The notes: generated from the sequence alone by a model not told the origin. A stretch of DNA of 64,000 nt from an uncultured virus (IMG/VR IMGVR_UViG_3300044858_003318) (IMGVR_UViG_3300044858_003318), one strand, 5' to 3'. Positions 49,042 to 59,677 are shown, numbered from the stretch's first letter. Numbers and translations: made by a program.

Positions 49042-50307
49042 TTATTCTCCAACCTTTTGTAACTTAGGCAATTCTATCTTTTTTAGCTGCGGTAACTTAA
49101 GTTCTACTGGCTTTGGTATCTTTGCTACCATTTCTTCTATGTGCTGTAATACGTTCTTATAGATATCTGATACAGCAGTTTTAGTAAATGTGCTATTAAC
49201 AAAGTATCTTTGTCGTTTTGCTAAATCACACCATTTCTTGTAGTTTTTACGAACATCCTGCAACATCTTGCCGGCGTATGTATAATCAGGAGTAAACCAT
49301 TTTGCATCTCCAATTAAAAATGGATTTTGTGCAGATGCATGAATTGGTGTTAATCCGCCTGGCAATTCACATATAAAATCTTTTTTCAAGAAATCAGCTT
49401 GTCCAGAATAATGCGGTGCTATAATAGGTTTACCGGTTGTAGAAAATTCTAATAATGGTCGACCAAATCCTTCAGATTTAGTAAATGTTACCATTGCTTT
49501 TACTTTGCTATGATTATACAATGCATTCATTTCAGCATCTGTCAACTCACCATGCAATACATATACATTTGGAAGTTTTGCGTTACCGAACATATCTCGT
49601 ATCTGTAATACTTTGGATTCAATATCCATTCGATCCATTATACTATAAGTAGCCCCACTCGTTTTTAATATTAAGGCCGGCATATCTTTTGTATTTTTGA
49701 ATGTATTGAAAAAACAATGCACAAGTCCAGAAATATTTTTTCGATCCTCACCGATTTGTCCTTGCAACCAATGACCAACTGATAAATACGCCCAAGACTC
49801 TTTAATGTCATCCAATGCAGGTACTGATGCTACAACATCTTTATTATTATAAACCGTCTCAACAAAATATTCTGGAATTACCTCTATTTTAACAGTTAAT
49901 GGTTTGTTATGCTTTTTAGAAGTTTCAATAAACACTGTTTTAGTAAATTCACTCGGAACAATAATTAATTGCATGGCATTTAATTTATCAATCCAATCCT
50001 CCGGGCAAATATCTCCTTCGGTTCCTGCAGTTACTCCGATATTGTATTTACCTACTGGTTGTAATTCATTAGGAACAGAAATTTGAATCCATATGTCAGG
50101 TTGCTGTGTTAGTGGCAACGGAATGATTCTTCGTTGCAAATCAGGTACCAATGGATATGACATTGGAGTCGCTCCCCATGGCAATGATACTAATTTTACA
50201 TCCCATTCATCTGATTTTTGTTCTATAATATTCGTGATAATTTCACGTGCATGATGTCCATAACCACTTTGTGTTGCTACTGGTGATGCTATAACTACGT
50301 TTCTCAT
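49042..50307 (-). CDS. glycosyltransferase family 4
   Basis: SGYG, DRKN, EGFGRPLLE. Confidence 0.88.
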   Translation of the reverse strand: MRNVVIASPVATQSGYGHHAREIITNIIEQKSDEWDVKLVSLPWGATPMSYPLVPDLQRRIIPLPLTQQPDIWIQISVPNELQPVGKYNIGVTAGTEGDICPEDWIDKLNAMQLIIVPSEFTKTVFIETSKKHNKPLTVKIEVIPEYFVETVYNNKDVVASVPALDDIKESWAYLSVGHWLQGQIGEDRKNISGLVHCFFNTFKNTKDMPALILKTSGATYSIMDRMDIESKVLQIRDMFGNAKLPNVYVLHGELTDAEMNALYNHSKVKAMVTFTKSEGFGRPLLEFSTTGKPIIAPHYSGQADFLKKDFICELPGGLTPIHASAQNPFLIGDAKWFTPDYTYAGKMLQDVRKNYKKWCDLAKRQRYFVNSTFTKTAVSDIYKNVLQHIEEMVAKIPKPVELKLPQLKKIELPKLQKVGE

Positions 50308-51797
50308 TATGCTACTATTCCTGTTTGTTTATATTCTGTTGGCTGTACTTGGTGTAATGTGTATGAAGGTCTTGGTTGTTTATATGCGGTAAACAAATAA
50401 CGATACATATCAATCATTTTATTACCCATTTGCTCTGCCGTTAATCCGTTTTCTAAAGCCCATTGTCTTCCTGCTAATCCTCTCGTGTCTCTTTCTAATT
50501 TAGACATTTGATACCAATACATGATTGCGTCTGAAACATCTTCAAATTGAGCTCTATCATCAAAAATATATGGTGTTGCTGGTGATCCTTGCAATGAACG
50601 GTTGGTTGGAAATACTGGTTTTACCCAAGATCCATGTTTTTTATATTTACCGGTGTGATTTGTAGAAAACTCTCCGTTAAAACAAATCCATTCGCCATTT
50701 TCATCTACGAACCCACATTGATCTTGCAATCCGCCAGTTACGTTGTTAATAATCGGGATTCCAGCTAATATTGCTTCGGTTGAACTTAGACCCCAACCTT
50801 CATTAGAACCAATATTTACCACTACATCTGCAACATTATACATTGCGTTTAGATCCGTTCCAGATAATTTTTGTTCTGAAAAAATAATTTTACATTGCGG
50901 GGCAAGTACTTTTGCTACTGCACGTAAATCGGTTCCATTTTCGTCGATTGGTTGCGTATGCATTAGTAATGCAACTTTAGATCGTTTATCTTCTGGTAGT
51001 TGATCTGTAAAGTGTTTGAATGCTAATATTACATCACCTGGCTGTTTTCTTCGGATGTTTCGGTTATTCCAAAATACTACAAAGTCTACATCATTTTGTT
51101 TTTTAATTCTTTCAAACATTGTTGCGTATGCTGGATTTGTAGCTTCTAATGGTTTGAACGTGTTATGATTTAATCCGTGAGGCACGAAACCGGTGATTGC
51201 ATCATTCCATTTAATATCTGCAGGTACTGAATCTCCGTTGTCGTAATCTACAACACCAAATCCGTTCTGTTTAAGCACTTCTTTATGGATATTATCAGAC
51301 TGTTTGCTAATTCCCATAATCATATCACAACTACCGTAATATGGGGCATTCCACATTGGATATGGTAAATCATCCCAAATTGAATAATAGGTAATAGGAA
51401 TACCAAAGGTTGTTTTGATTTCATGTTCGATCGCATACAACCAAGTCCAATAACGAGGATCGGTGAAATGAAGAATAGCATCAGGCTTTTCTTGATTTAG
51501 TACCGCAAATAAAATATTTCGGTCGCCATATCCATTATATGGTATCAATTTAACTGATGCATCTTCTACCCCAGTTTCTTGGGCAATTTCTGCAGACAAA
51601 TCAAATGCCTTGCCAGCATCCGGATGATTGATTGCAGCTCCAATTTGAACCCAATCAAATTCTTTAACTGTGCTGAAAATAATTTCTTTGCTAATTGTTC
51701 CAATACCGGATGGTAAACGAAAATCATCTGCTAACAATAAAATTTTCTTTTTTGCTGGCTTGTTTGGATCAATTTTTTTTAACTTTGGTAACTCCAT
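50307..51797 (-). CDS. glycosyltransferase family 4
   Basis: NRNIRRK, EGWGLSSTEA. Confidence 0.88.
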   Translation of the reverse strand: MELPKLKKIDPNKPAKKKILLLADDFRLPSGIGTISKEIIFSTVKEFDWVQIGAAINHPDAGKAFDLSAEIAQETGVEDASVKLIPYNGYGDRNILFAVLNQEKPDAILHFTDPRYWTWLYAIEHEIKTTFGIPITYYSIWDDLPYPMWNAPYYGSCDMIMGISKQSDNIHKEVLKQNGFGVVDYDNGDSVPADIKWNDAITGFVPHGLNHNTFKPLEATNPAYATMFERIKKQNDVDFVVFWNNRNIRRKQPGDVILAFKHFTDQLPEDKRSKVALLMHTQPIDENGTDLRAVAKVLAPQCKIIFSEQKLSGTDLNAMYNVADVVVNIGSNEGWGLSSTEAILAGIPIINNVTGGLQDQCGFVDENGEWICFNGEFSTNHTGKYKKHGSWVKPVFPTNRSLQGSPATPYIFDDRAQFEDVSDAIMYWYQMSKLERDTRGLAGRQWALENGLTAEQMGNKMIDMYRYLFTAYKQPRPSYTLHQVQPTEYKQTGIVA

Positions 51798-51830
51798 TTA
51801 TTATTCCTTATAACTTTATTATAAATATTA

Positions 51831-52235
51831 CTAACCTAAAATAACCACTGGTTTATTCAACTTGTTCACATTAGTATATGCTGTTTGTAATACCGGGTCT
51901 AATTGTGATTCATTAGTCATAATCATCATGTAATCACATTGTTGTGCAATTAGTTTCATGCGATGATGTAATTGTGAAAAATGATATTTTTTACCATAAT
52001 ATGATTCTGGCATTGCTGAATATAAATTATATCCAGAAAATGATGGATTGAATTCCTGATAATTCATTCCGAATTCTAATGCAAATTTTCTTACAAAATA
52101 ATTAGCACCTTCATTCCCACCAGCTCCAATAATAATCAGATCATCTGGAAATTTACGTTTTAACATTTGCAATGTTTCCTGAACTTTGCGTTTATTTTGC
52201 CAACCTGTATTTCCGATTAATGCTACTTTTGCCAT
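51831..52235 (-). CDS. SLOG/YspA-like nucleotide-binding protein
   Basis: KVALIG...IIGAGG.EGA...KFALE pattern. Confidence 0.55.
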   Translation of the reverse strand: MAKVALIGNTGWQNKRKVQETLQMLKRKFPDDLIIIGAGGNEGANYFVRKFALEFGMNYQEFNPSFSGYNLYSAMPESYYGKKYHFSQLHHRMKLIAQQCDYMMIMTNESQLDPVLQTAYTNVNKLNKPVVILG

Positions 52236-52236
52236 A

Positions 52237-52446
52237 TTATTTTTCATATGAAAATTTAACACTCTTTGGCATATGATTATATGCTATTCGTAATCCAGTT
52301 TCTAATAGTTGTCGGTTACTTTTACTATTAGGTCCAGTTTCATCAGTTAGTAAAACATATTCCATAACTTCCCATCCTACAAATGGGGCTCGCTTTTGTA
52401 TTTCAAATCGATATACATATGCATGTTTATGTTTATATTGAATCAT
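52237..52446 (-). CDS. hypothetical protein
   Basis: 69-aa ORF in operon. Confidence 0.6.
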   Translation of the reverse strand: MIQYKHKHAYVYRFEIQKRAPFVGWEVMEYVLLTDETGPNSKSNRQLLETGLRIAYNHMPKSVKFSYEK

Positions 52447-52458
52447 ACTATATTATAG

Positions 52459-53415
52459 TTATTTTTCGGCACGAATCCTATTTTCTTTAGGACAATTCAT
52501 ATAATCTGTTTTGAATGGACAATACTTGCAATTTTTATCACCCTTTCCAGAAATGGCCATATATGGTTTATCTGCAAGTTTATTTCCTTCAGAATCGAAA
52601 CAATGTTCTACAAATGCATCAATTTGACGTTGAACTTTGCGTTGTGTTACCGTGCCGGAGCTAGGTTTAAATAATTGTATGCGTTTTTGTGGAAACATTG
52701 ACTCTTCAATCATTTTGCGTTTCACAATAAAAAACTCAACTACAATATTTTCTTTCGGGACACCAAATTGCTCGGAAAATTTATTTTTATATAATACGAG
52801 TTGGGCTGCTTTTAAAGGATCTGATTTTTGATATTTGTTCCAACCGCCACGACTTGTTTTAATATCATATACATGTATAGTATTAGTTGGAATATGGCGT
52901 ATAACCAAATCAATAAATCCAAATAAATAAACCGATGGATTACTAGGCGATGCCGGGGTACATAACTCTATTTCAATGCCTACCAATTCCCAATCTTTAG
53001 TAGAAAAATACTGTTTGCGTCGTTTCTTGAACCATTCCAAAATAGCAACACCATCTTCTAAATATTCTGCTAACTGCAATGGATTGGAAAAGTGTGATCC
53101 GGTATCAGTTACATTGCGTTGATATTCTTCTCGCAGTTTGTTAGTTAGTATACTTCGCAAATCTAACGCATCTGCTTGTTTAACCGATTTGGTATACATA
53201 ACTTCAATATAATACTGCATTGTCTCGTGGAATGCCGTACCAAAACATGTATCGATTGAAGCCTGGAATGGAGCCAATCCATCTATATAAGCAAGTTTCC
53301 AGGATAACGGACACCGTTCATACATGTACCATTGTGAATATGATATTCTACGAGGAACTGTGTCAGCATCGCGTAATGATAGCTTATAGACAGGATTAAT
53401 ATAACCATTTTTCAT
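52459..53415 (-). CDS. PD-(D/E)XK nuclease (RecB/Cas4-like)
   Basis: ISYSQ...CP, GTAFH, GFIDLV, DIKTS, QL.LY, CKYCPF..C. Confidence 0.9.
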   Translation of the reverse strand: MKNGYINPVYKLSLRDADTVPRRISYSQWYMYERCPLSWKLAYIDGLAPFQASIDTCFGTAFHETMQYYIEVMYTKSVKQADALDLRSILTNKLREEYQRNVTDTGSHFSNPLQLAEYLEDGVAILEWFKKRRKQYFSTKDWELVGIEIELCTPASPSNPSVYLFGFIDLVIRHIPTNTIHVYDIKTSRGGWNKYQKSDPLKAAQLVLYKNKFSEQFGVPKENIVVEFFIVKRKMIEESMFPQKRIQLFKPSSGTVTQRKVQRQIDAFVEHCFDSEGNKLADKPYMAISGKGDKNCKYCPFKTDYMNCPKENRIRAEK

Positions 53416-53459
53416 ACATTAAATATAAGAAAAAATATAATAGGAAACAACCGGACAGT

Positions 53460-53485
53460 AAAAAAGTGCAGCAATAATGCTGCAC
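53460..53485 (-). terminator. intrinsic terminator
   Basis: GTGCAGCA-ttat-TGCTGCAC followed by T6. Confidence 0.8.
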
Positions 53486-53488
53486 CAC

Positions 53489-53569
53489 TTATAAATAAAA
53501 TACCATAAAATAAAAAAAACCCACTCTTTTTGTTGATTCTAATAATTGTCTAAATCTATTTAGTTCCAT
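53489..53569 (-). pseudogene. possible truncated gene remnant MELNRFRQLLEST
   Basis: leader-like LLE start running into a GAGTGGG-T8 half-terminator. Confidence 0.35.
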
Positions 53570-53578
53570 AGTTTTTAT

Positions 53579-54016
53579 TTAAAAAATAAATGTACCAACC
53601 TCTTGTTCATTCTCGTCTTTAATTGAGATACCTGGTTTTTGTTGCCCTGGAGCGTTAACACCCGTTGAAACAGTTTCACCATAAACCCAATTATATTTAC
53701 CACCTTTAGTTCCTCTCCCACCAAAATTTTTTGTGGTGAAGTTTGGTTGCCACTGAGTTTCATAATCTGTTATTTGAACTCCATCAACATCTGTTGGGAA
53801 CCCGTAATCGTCAAAAGTAATTTGACCTTGTTTTTTATTAGTAAAATAATTTTTATCAAAATTAATGGTCTCTTGCTCCATTAAATAATGATTTGCAATT
53901 TTATTGAGTCGTATAGCATCTTGTTGTGCATTATATGCTTTATCTTCATCTTCGTTTAAATTCTTAGTTTTAAAACGACGCATATTTTCTGCTAGAATAT
54001 TTTTTAGTTTTATCAT
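53579..54016 (-). CDS. cassette protein with MIKLKNILAENMRRFKTKNLNE leader
   Basis: leader shared with 60985-61371. Confidence 0.8.
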   Translation of the reverse strand: MIKLKNILAENMRRFKTKNLNEDEDKAYNAQQDAIRLNKIANHYLMEQETINFDKNYFTNKKQGQITFDDYGFPTDVDGVQITDYETQWQPNFTTKNFGGRGTKGGKYNWVYGETVSTGVNAPGQQKPGISIKDENEQEVGTFIF

Positions 54017-54059
54017 ATATTTCCTAATTTTAATATAAATATAATCAAAAAAAAAAATA

Positions 54060-54305
54060 CTATTTTGTTAAATCCAAAGAACATCCAATAACATTTATTT
54101 TTGGAGTATGTGTATGTTGTTGTTCTGTTAAATAGATATCAATTAAATCTTTAGTCTTATTTAAATCTTCGGTAAATGATCCTTTGTAACGACAACGTAC
54201 GATTCGTTTAATAATATCAAATTCATAGCTATTAAGTTCCCAATCTTCTGCGAATTTATACAGGCTATCTTTACCTCGGTAATGTGATTGCGTGTTTACA
54301 CTCAT
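54060..54305 (-). CDS. DUF3310-like (T7 gp1.7-like) small protein
   Basis: SHY...IIK.I.R...KG...EDL.K. Confidence 0.6.
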   Translation of the reverse strand: MSVNTQSHYRGKDSLYKFAEDWELNSYEFDIIKRIVRCRYKGSFTEDLNKTKDLIDIYLTEQQHTHTPKINVIGCSLDLTK

Positions 54306-54754
54306 TTTCTAACTCCTTTCATCATGTTTTTTACTTCTTTCTCCGAATATCCATATAAATTTAGCAGACGAGTGCAACTAGTTTGATCCATCAAATCCAC
54401 GTAATCAGTTGCTTCAGAACGACTTACTTTGTAGTGCTCTGCAACTTGAGAGATTAGTTTATCGGAAAATTTATCTTCTTTTTTACCTTTAATGTATTTA
54501 GCAAATGCCTTGTTATGCGGTAATAGTTCGTAATAAAGACGATATGTTTCTTGTGGCCGTAATAACCCTATTGTGTATGTCTGTAACTCATTAATAACCT
54601 CAACTAAATCTTGTCGCATAGAAAGCCAACGATTAACAATATATGGAGAAAATGCCTTTTGATCAGTTTCACTCCATTTATTCCATGCTTTCTTTTTGCT
54701 TGTTACGCCTTCGATAAAATCAAAGATAGTTGCACCCTTTTTTTCTTCTGCCAT
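54302..54754 (-). CDS. putative clamp-loader small subunit (gp62-like)
   Basis: FSPYIVNRWLSM...N....KYIK...YKVS..EA.DY; adjacent to RFC. Confidence 0.7.
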   Translation of the reverse strand: MAEEKKGATIFDFIEGVTSKKKAWNKWSETDQKAFSPYIVNRWLSMRQDLVEVINELQTYTIGLLRPQETYRLYYELLPHNKAFAKYIKGKKEDKFSDKLISQVAEHYKVSRSEATDYVDLMDQTSCTRLLNLYGYSEKEVKNMMKGVRK

Positions 54755-54967
54755 TTATAGTTTATATTTAGTTCGCCATTGTTTTTCGAAATTTGGACCA
54801 ATACCCATTTCTAGTATAACTGCTGTATCTGGTATTCCGGGAATTTTACGTTCTAACACATCATCAATACTTTTATTGCGCAATGTTTTCATTTTGGTTT
54901 TAGCATTGCTCCGAGCTGATGTTTTAAAAACAATTGTTACATCGTCTTTATAGTATGGGCTAGACAT
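54755..54967 (-). CDS. hypothetical protein
   Basis: 70-aa ORF in operon. Confidence 0.65.
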   Translation of the reverse strand: MSSPYYKDDVTIVFKTSARSNAKTKMKTLRNKSIDDVLERKIPGIPDTAVILEMGIGPNFEKQWRTKYKL

Positions 54968-55185
54968 TATTTTTTCAGTTTAATGGGTTGAAACACTTCT
55001 GGAATAGACCCGCAATCATCACATCGAAACACAGGAACCGGAACCATTGTATCTTTATCCCCACCTGTTAGAAATTTTGATACTTTGTTAATTGCCATTA
55101 CTTGACGAAAATACATTCCATCACATTCTTTGCATTGAATTGGCTGCATATCGTTTGGGCCAATATTAACATTTAATTTACTCAT
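54967..55185 (-). CDS. zinc-ribbon protein
   Basis: CKEC...CDDC; start at MSKLNV. Confidence 0.7.
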   Translation of the reverse strand: MSKLNVNIGPNDMQPIQCKECDGMYFRQVMAINKVSKFLTGGDKDTMVPVPVFRCDDCGSIPEVFQPIKLKK

Positions 55186-56108
55186 ATTTCTCCTAATATA
55201 TTTACAAACATGGACATTATGTTGATTTCTTTGTCTACAACAGATGCATCTTTGTATTGAGCTTCTGCAATAATTAAAATGCATGGAGCTACATGTCCAT
55301 GAGCGAATTCATCTAAATTGTCATATAGAAATGTGTATAGTGCCGTAAAATCTCTTACTTTGCTATCTGCAATAATTTGACGTATTTTAGTGAATGCACC
55401 TTTCTTGTCTGCAGAATTGCGTAATACATCTAATATTTCTGTCATGTAATTTGCTTGTATAGCACTTGCTTTATCTAGTTGCAATGTGTTATTAACAACT
55501 GATGCTTGTGCTGCATTAATTGCACGACGAATATCTGGATATGATGCATTAATTATTGCAGCAACATCTTTAATATCAAACTCAATTTGCTTTTCTTCTA
55601 ATACTTGCACAAGCCGCTTTGCTACATCTGTTTTATTCGGAGGAGTAATTGCAAATGTTTGACAACGAGATTGTATTGGATCAATAATCTTTTCTACATA
55701 ATTACATGTAAGAATAAAACGGGTTGTTTTACTATATGTTTCCATTAAATTACGTAATGCTGCTTGAGCATTTGGTGTCAAATAATCAGCCTCATCCAAT
55801 ATAATGATTTTCCATCGTCGAAATCCTACTGTCGATGCATAACGTTTAATCTTATCCCGTACAGCATCTACTGAGTTTTCATCGGATGCATTTATATACA
55901 TAACATCGGCATCCACACTACCGGCAATGATTTTTGCCAACGTGGTCTTCCCAGTACCCGCGGTACCATAGAATAATAAGTGAGGAACATCACCATTATT
56001 AATAAAGATGCGTACTTTTTCAATGATATGTTCATTACCTATATATCCTTCTAATGTGTCGGGACGAAATGATTCGACCCAAAGTGTATTTTCTTGTGTA
56101 TTAAACAT
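55182..56108 (-). CDS. clamp loader, RFC small-subunit/gp44-like AAA+
   Basis: WVE.FRP, GTAGTGKT, INASDE, DEAD, SRC motif. Confidence 0.95.
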   Translation of the reverse strand: MFNTQENTLWVESFRPDTLEGYIGNEHIIEKVRIFINNGDVPHLLFYGTAGTGKTTLAKIIAGSVDADVMYINASDENSVDAVRDKIKRYASTVGFRRWKIIILDEADYLTPNAQAALRNLMETYSKTTRFILTCNYVEKIIDPIQSRCQTFAITPPNKTDVAKRLVQVLEEKQIEFDIKDVAAIINASYPDIRRAINAAQASVVNNTLQLDKASAIQANYMTEILDVLRNSADKKGAFTKIRQIIADSKVRDFTALYTFLYDNLDEFAHGHVAPCILIIAEAQYKDASVVDKEINIMSMFVNILGEI

Positions 56109-56115
56109 AATATAA

Positions 56116-56544
56116 TTATTTTCCTCCGGTAGAACCGAATCCTTTTTCTCCTCGTTTAGTTCCAGTTAATCCAGCTACCGGTAACCATTGTATCTGTTCT
56201 ACTTTGCATAAAACCATTTGTGCTATTCGGTCGCCTGGATTGAATATAATAGAGTGCGGACCATGATTAATCAAAATAACTTTTATTTCTCCCCGATAAT
56301 CTGAATCAATCGTGCCCGGTGAATTTAACACAGTAATTCCATGTTTTAGTGCCAATCCACTTCTTGGTCTTATTTGCAATTCATAACCTTGCGGAACTTC
56401 TACAAATAATCCAGTTTCAACTAAACATCTGCCGCCTGAGTCAATTGCGACTTCATTAATACATCGGATATCTAAACCAGCACTACCCGGAGTTTCGTAT
56501 GCAGGTAGTGCATTATTTGACTGATTTACTACAGATACTATCAT
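56116..56544 (-). CDS. dut: trimeric dUTPase
   Basis: SAGLD, RPRSGLA, GTIDSDYRGE, RIAQ, RG.KGFGSTG. Confidence 0.97.
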   Translation of the reverse strand: MIVSVVNQSNNALPAYETPGSAGLDIRCINEVAIDSGGRCLVETGLFVEVPQGYELQIRPRSGLALKHGITVLNSPGTIDSDYRGEIKVILINHGPHSIIFNPGDRIAQMVLCKVEQIQWLPVAGLTGTKRGEKGFGSTGGK

Positions 56545-56546
56545 AA

Positions 56547-57257
56547 TTAATTTTGCAATTGTACTAACCAATAAGATGATTCAAAATCAGTTCCGGTAAA
56601 ATCAATTCTTGCTAATCCTTCTGGTGAAATATGAAGTTTACCAGAATCACCTTTATTTGCGATAAGAATTTCTTTTAATTTATCTGCTGAAAAACAGATA
56701 GGTTCCATATTAGTAATATTAGTAGGACCAACTTCAAATGAAATGTTATCTGCATTAATAGTGGTATAGTTAATAATAAATTTTATACTACCATTTACAA
56801 CTTGTACTGCAAAATTCTTAGCATCTGGCAATGCATTTTTTGCTTTAATAAATTTACTAATAAATTCATCATCAACATCGATTGAAACCTGATAATCTGG
56901 TTCTGCATTAATTGTTGGTACTGCTGGAATTACAGTGGTATCTGCTAACATGAAGGTTAACTTTGTGGTACCTTCTGAAATTTTCATTGCATAGTTTTTA
57001 CCTGCAGATTCTTGCACGTCAATATTAATTTTTTCTCCTACGGCACTAAGCATTTTTGTCAATGCACCGGTATGATTAATACCTAACGATCCATTCATAA
57101 ATGGTGTAGTTTTCCATTGAATTTTACCTACTACGGTTTGATCTTGATCGATTAGATTACAACCTACACCGGTAGAATTTTCATTAAGAATAACCGCTTC
57201 ACAATTTCCTGCTAAATAGTAGCGATTAATAAATGATTGTAATTTACTTTTTTCCAT
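56547..57257 (-). CDS. putative DNA sliding clamp
   Basis: 236-aa alpha/beta protein next to the clamp loader; called on size and context. Confidence 0.65.
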   Translation of the reverse strand: MEKSKLQSFINRYYLAGNCEAVILNENSTGVGCNLIDQDQTVVGKIQWKTTPFMNGSLGINHTGALTKMLSAVGEKINIDVQESAGKNYAMKISEGTTKLTFMLADTTVIPAVPTINAEPDYQVSIDVDDEFISKFIKAKNALPDAKNFAVQVVNGSIKFIINYTTINADNISFEVGPTNITNMEPICFSADKLKEILIANKGDSGKLHISPEGLARIDFTGTDFESSYWLVQLQN

Positions 57258-57266
57258 GTTTACCTT

Positions 57267-58517
57267 TTAAAATTTAAAGAATTCTGCGAACTTATTTGCA
57301 TCGGTAGTTGATATAGAATCCCCTCCGAATTTTTTATATGTTTTTTTGTATTTTGCATATACATGCATTGCATTTTCTGGATCTGCAAACATATCATGTA
57401 ATGATAATATCACATTAAACAAATCCGTTGGAATAGCTGTTTCTAACAATTCAACATGACTATCAACCATTTTGTCAATATCCTTTGCAATATTCACATA
57501 CAAATGTGTATTATGCACAACCATTCTTGGCATACCTTCTTGTGAATATCGATCCAATCCATCTGTAGTCAGCCCGCCTAAATATTCATACGTAAAATCT
57601 TTACATGCTGGACAATCCATACTACACGGTACATGTTTTGTCTTATCGATATCTACCGAATCTTTACCTTGCTTAATATGTGTCTTTCTACGATATTCAG
57701 CATTCTTAGGGAAATACAATTCTGTAAATGTCTGTGTCTTATAATTACCTGAGTGAAGATATGTTCCATATACTGGATACTGACCCGGTGACGATGAATC
57801 TGTCGATAATTGCACACGACCATTAGTTAAGTCATTAAGTAACTTTTGTAATGTGGATAGAATAAAGAAATCTGATATTTTTGAAATACCTAACAAGTGA
57901 ATATATTGAACATGAGGCTTTTCAAATTCTCTTTCTTGCAACATTAATGCAATAACATACATAAAATCAACTAATCGCTTTGGACCTCCAATACACCATC
58001 CGTTAAAGTCAAAGTCTTTAAATTTATGATACCATGTGTTATATTCTTCGTTATATGTACCCTGAATTACATTTAAGAATTTTGTCTTGCCTGATTGATG
58101 TTTTTCAAACCATTTAAAGTTATCAAAAGAAATATCCATCGAATCTTGAAAACGATTTTCAAATGTAACTCGAGGTGGAATATCTAAGTTAGCTGCTACA
58201 TCGCTGTTAGCTTCTAACCAATGAAATATTTTTTCTCGAAGTGTGCTATCCCATTTCAATGCACCAGTAGCAATCTGGAATCCTCCTGAATCTCCAAATA
58301 CTAATACATCATCATCTAGACCAATCTGTTGACGAAAATCCATTTTCTTGTAATGGTGACCTGCTGTAATCAAAAAATATGGATGCCTCCATTCTTCTGG
58401 ATAATCTTTCCCGAAAAATCGCATAGTGGTACCATCTTCAAACTTAGCATCCTTTTTGAATGCTGATACCATTGATCCTGCTGATAATGAAGGATAGTAA
58501 ATAAACTTTTTACTCAT
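57267..58517 (-). CDS. dpdA: TGT-fold transglycosylase, probable DNA 7-deazaguanine insertase
   Basis: DSGGFQ, LDIP, VIQG, IGG, HLLG, DSS, C...C..C plus HN Zn site. Confidence 0.8.
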   Translation of the reverse strand: MSKKFIYYPSLSAGSMVSAFKKDAKFEDGTTMRFFGKDYPEEWRHPYFLITAGHHYKKMDFRQQIGLDDDVLVFGDSGGFQIATGALKWDSTLREKIFHWLEANSDVAANLDIPPRVTFENRFQDSMDISFDNFKWFEKHQSGKTKFLNVIQGTYNEEYNTWYHKFKDFDFNGWCIGGPKRLVDFMYVIALMLQEREFEKPHVQYIHLLGISKISDFFILSTLQKLLNDLTNGRVQLSTDSSSPGQYPVYGTYLHSGNYKTQTFTELYFPKNAEYRRKTHIKQGKDSVDIDKTKHVPCSMDCPACKDFTYEYLGGLTTDGLDRYSQEGMPRMVVHNTHLYVNIAKDIDKMVDSHVELLETAIPTDLFNVILSLHDMFADPENAMHVYAKYKKTYKKFGGDSISTTDANKFAEFFKF

Positions 58518-59677
58518 TATTTTCCTTGTATTAAATGTTTACAATATGCTGTTTCATGCCATATATTATGTTCTTGAGTTATATCATTAACCATAATATA
58601 AGCTTCTAACTGCCGACCTAAGTCAGAAATATCAACTATATTGTAATGTGTTCTTTGTGTTTCAATTGTATGCTGTAATAATCGTAATGCACTCGTAACA
58701 TCAAATGCTTTGTATAAACGATCATAATCTATAAATTCAGGGAAAGATCTGAAATTAGGATATACAATATCAGCACCAAATGCCGTTGCTTCAATAACTG
58801 TCCAAGACACGTAATCTTGTAATGCTGAATTGAACTGAATTTTACATGTAGCTAATTCAGTGTAATATTCTTCTTTTGACAATCCACTTAACAATTTAAA
58901 ACGAGGTTGACGTTTAGCTAATGCTTTCATTGCATCAATTACATCAGGAAGCATCGATCTAAATTCTTTACCAGATGTAGTTACATGCCATTCCCATATA
59001 GTATGTTGTTCTAAAAACTGTTCTGCAACATCTAACATGAAAAACGGATTCTTTTCTTTGTCTAAACGAGATGAATATACTACTACATTTTTCTTTCGTT
59101 CAGATATATTTGGTAATTTTGCTAATGTAGCTTGTTTATGAATTGGTAATGAAACTACATGAATTGGTGCAGTGAATCCAGCTGCTCGAAGTTGTTCTCT
59201 ATGAATAGTGCTACCGACAAAGATGCCAGACATTCGTTTATCTAATCCTAATTCATAATTACGCATCCACTTTGCCATTGGATATGTAAAATCATATTCA
59301 TCAACAGATTGTGCATGAAGCATTGCATACACTTTAACTTCAATGCCATATAAATCCAATGCATACCAAATTGCATCTAAACCAGGAGTCCAATAATCTT
59401 GCAAAAAGATAATATCTCCAGATTTAACTTCATCATTATAAATTCGTTGAAGAAAATTTTGACATTGTGTCAAACTAAATTTACCTCTACCAATAGCATC
59501 TAATACTGCACCAACTTTAATTTGCTGATCAGGATCAAATTCGCCTTCAATATCTATAAAGTTTAATTTTCCAGCTTTTACATATGGTTCGAATGTGGCT
59601 GGCATCCATTCTTTTGAAAGCTGATATGTGTATCGAGCTTTAAGTGGTTCTAAACCGAAATAAAATAAATTCCTCAT
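58517..59677 (-). CDS. GT-B glycosyltransferase
   Basis: SSRLDKEKNP, EATAFG, YP..RSFPE; TAATG-coupled to the dpdA-like gene. Confidence 0.8.
   Translation of the reverse strand: MRNLFYFGLEPLKARYTYQLSKEWMPATFEPYVKAGKLNFIDIEGEFDPDQQIKVGAVLDAIGRGKFSLTQCQNFLQRIYNDEVKSGDIIFLQDYWTPGLDAIWYALDLYGIEVKVYAMLHAQSVDEYDFTYPMAKWMRNYELGLDKRMSGIFVGSTIHREQLRAAGFTAPIHVVSLPIHKQATLAKLPNISERKKNVVVYSSRLDKEKNPFFMLDVAEQFLEQHTIWEWHVTTSGKEFRSMLPDVIDAMKALAKRQPRFKLLSGLSKEEYYTELATCKIQFNSALQDYVSWTVIEATAFGADIVYPNFRSFPEFIDYDRLYKAFDVTSALRLLQHTIETQRTHYNIVDISDLGRQLEAYIMVNDITQEHNIWHETAYCKHLIQGK

Noticed and set aside
52459..53415. Cas4/CRISPR system
   Set aside because: No repeat-spacer array or other cas genes; stand-alone PD-(D/E)XK nucleases are common in phages
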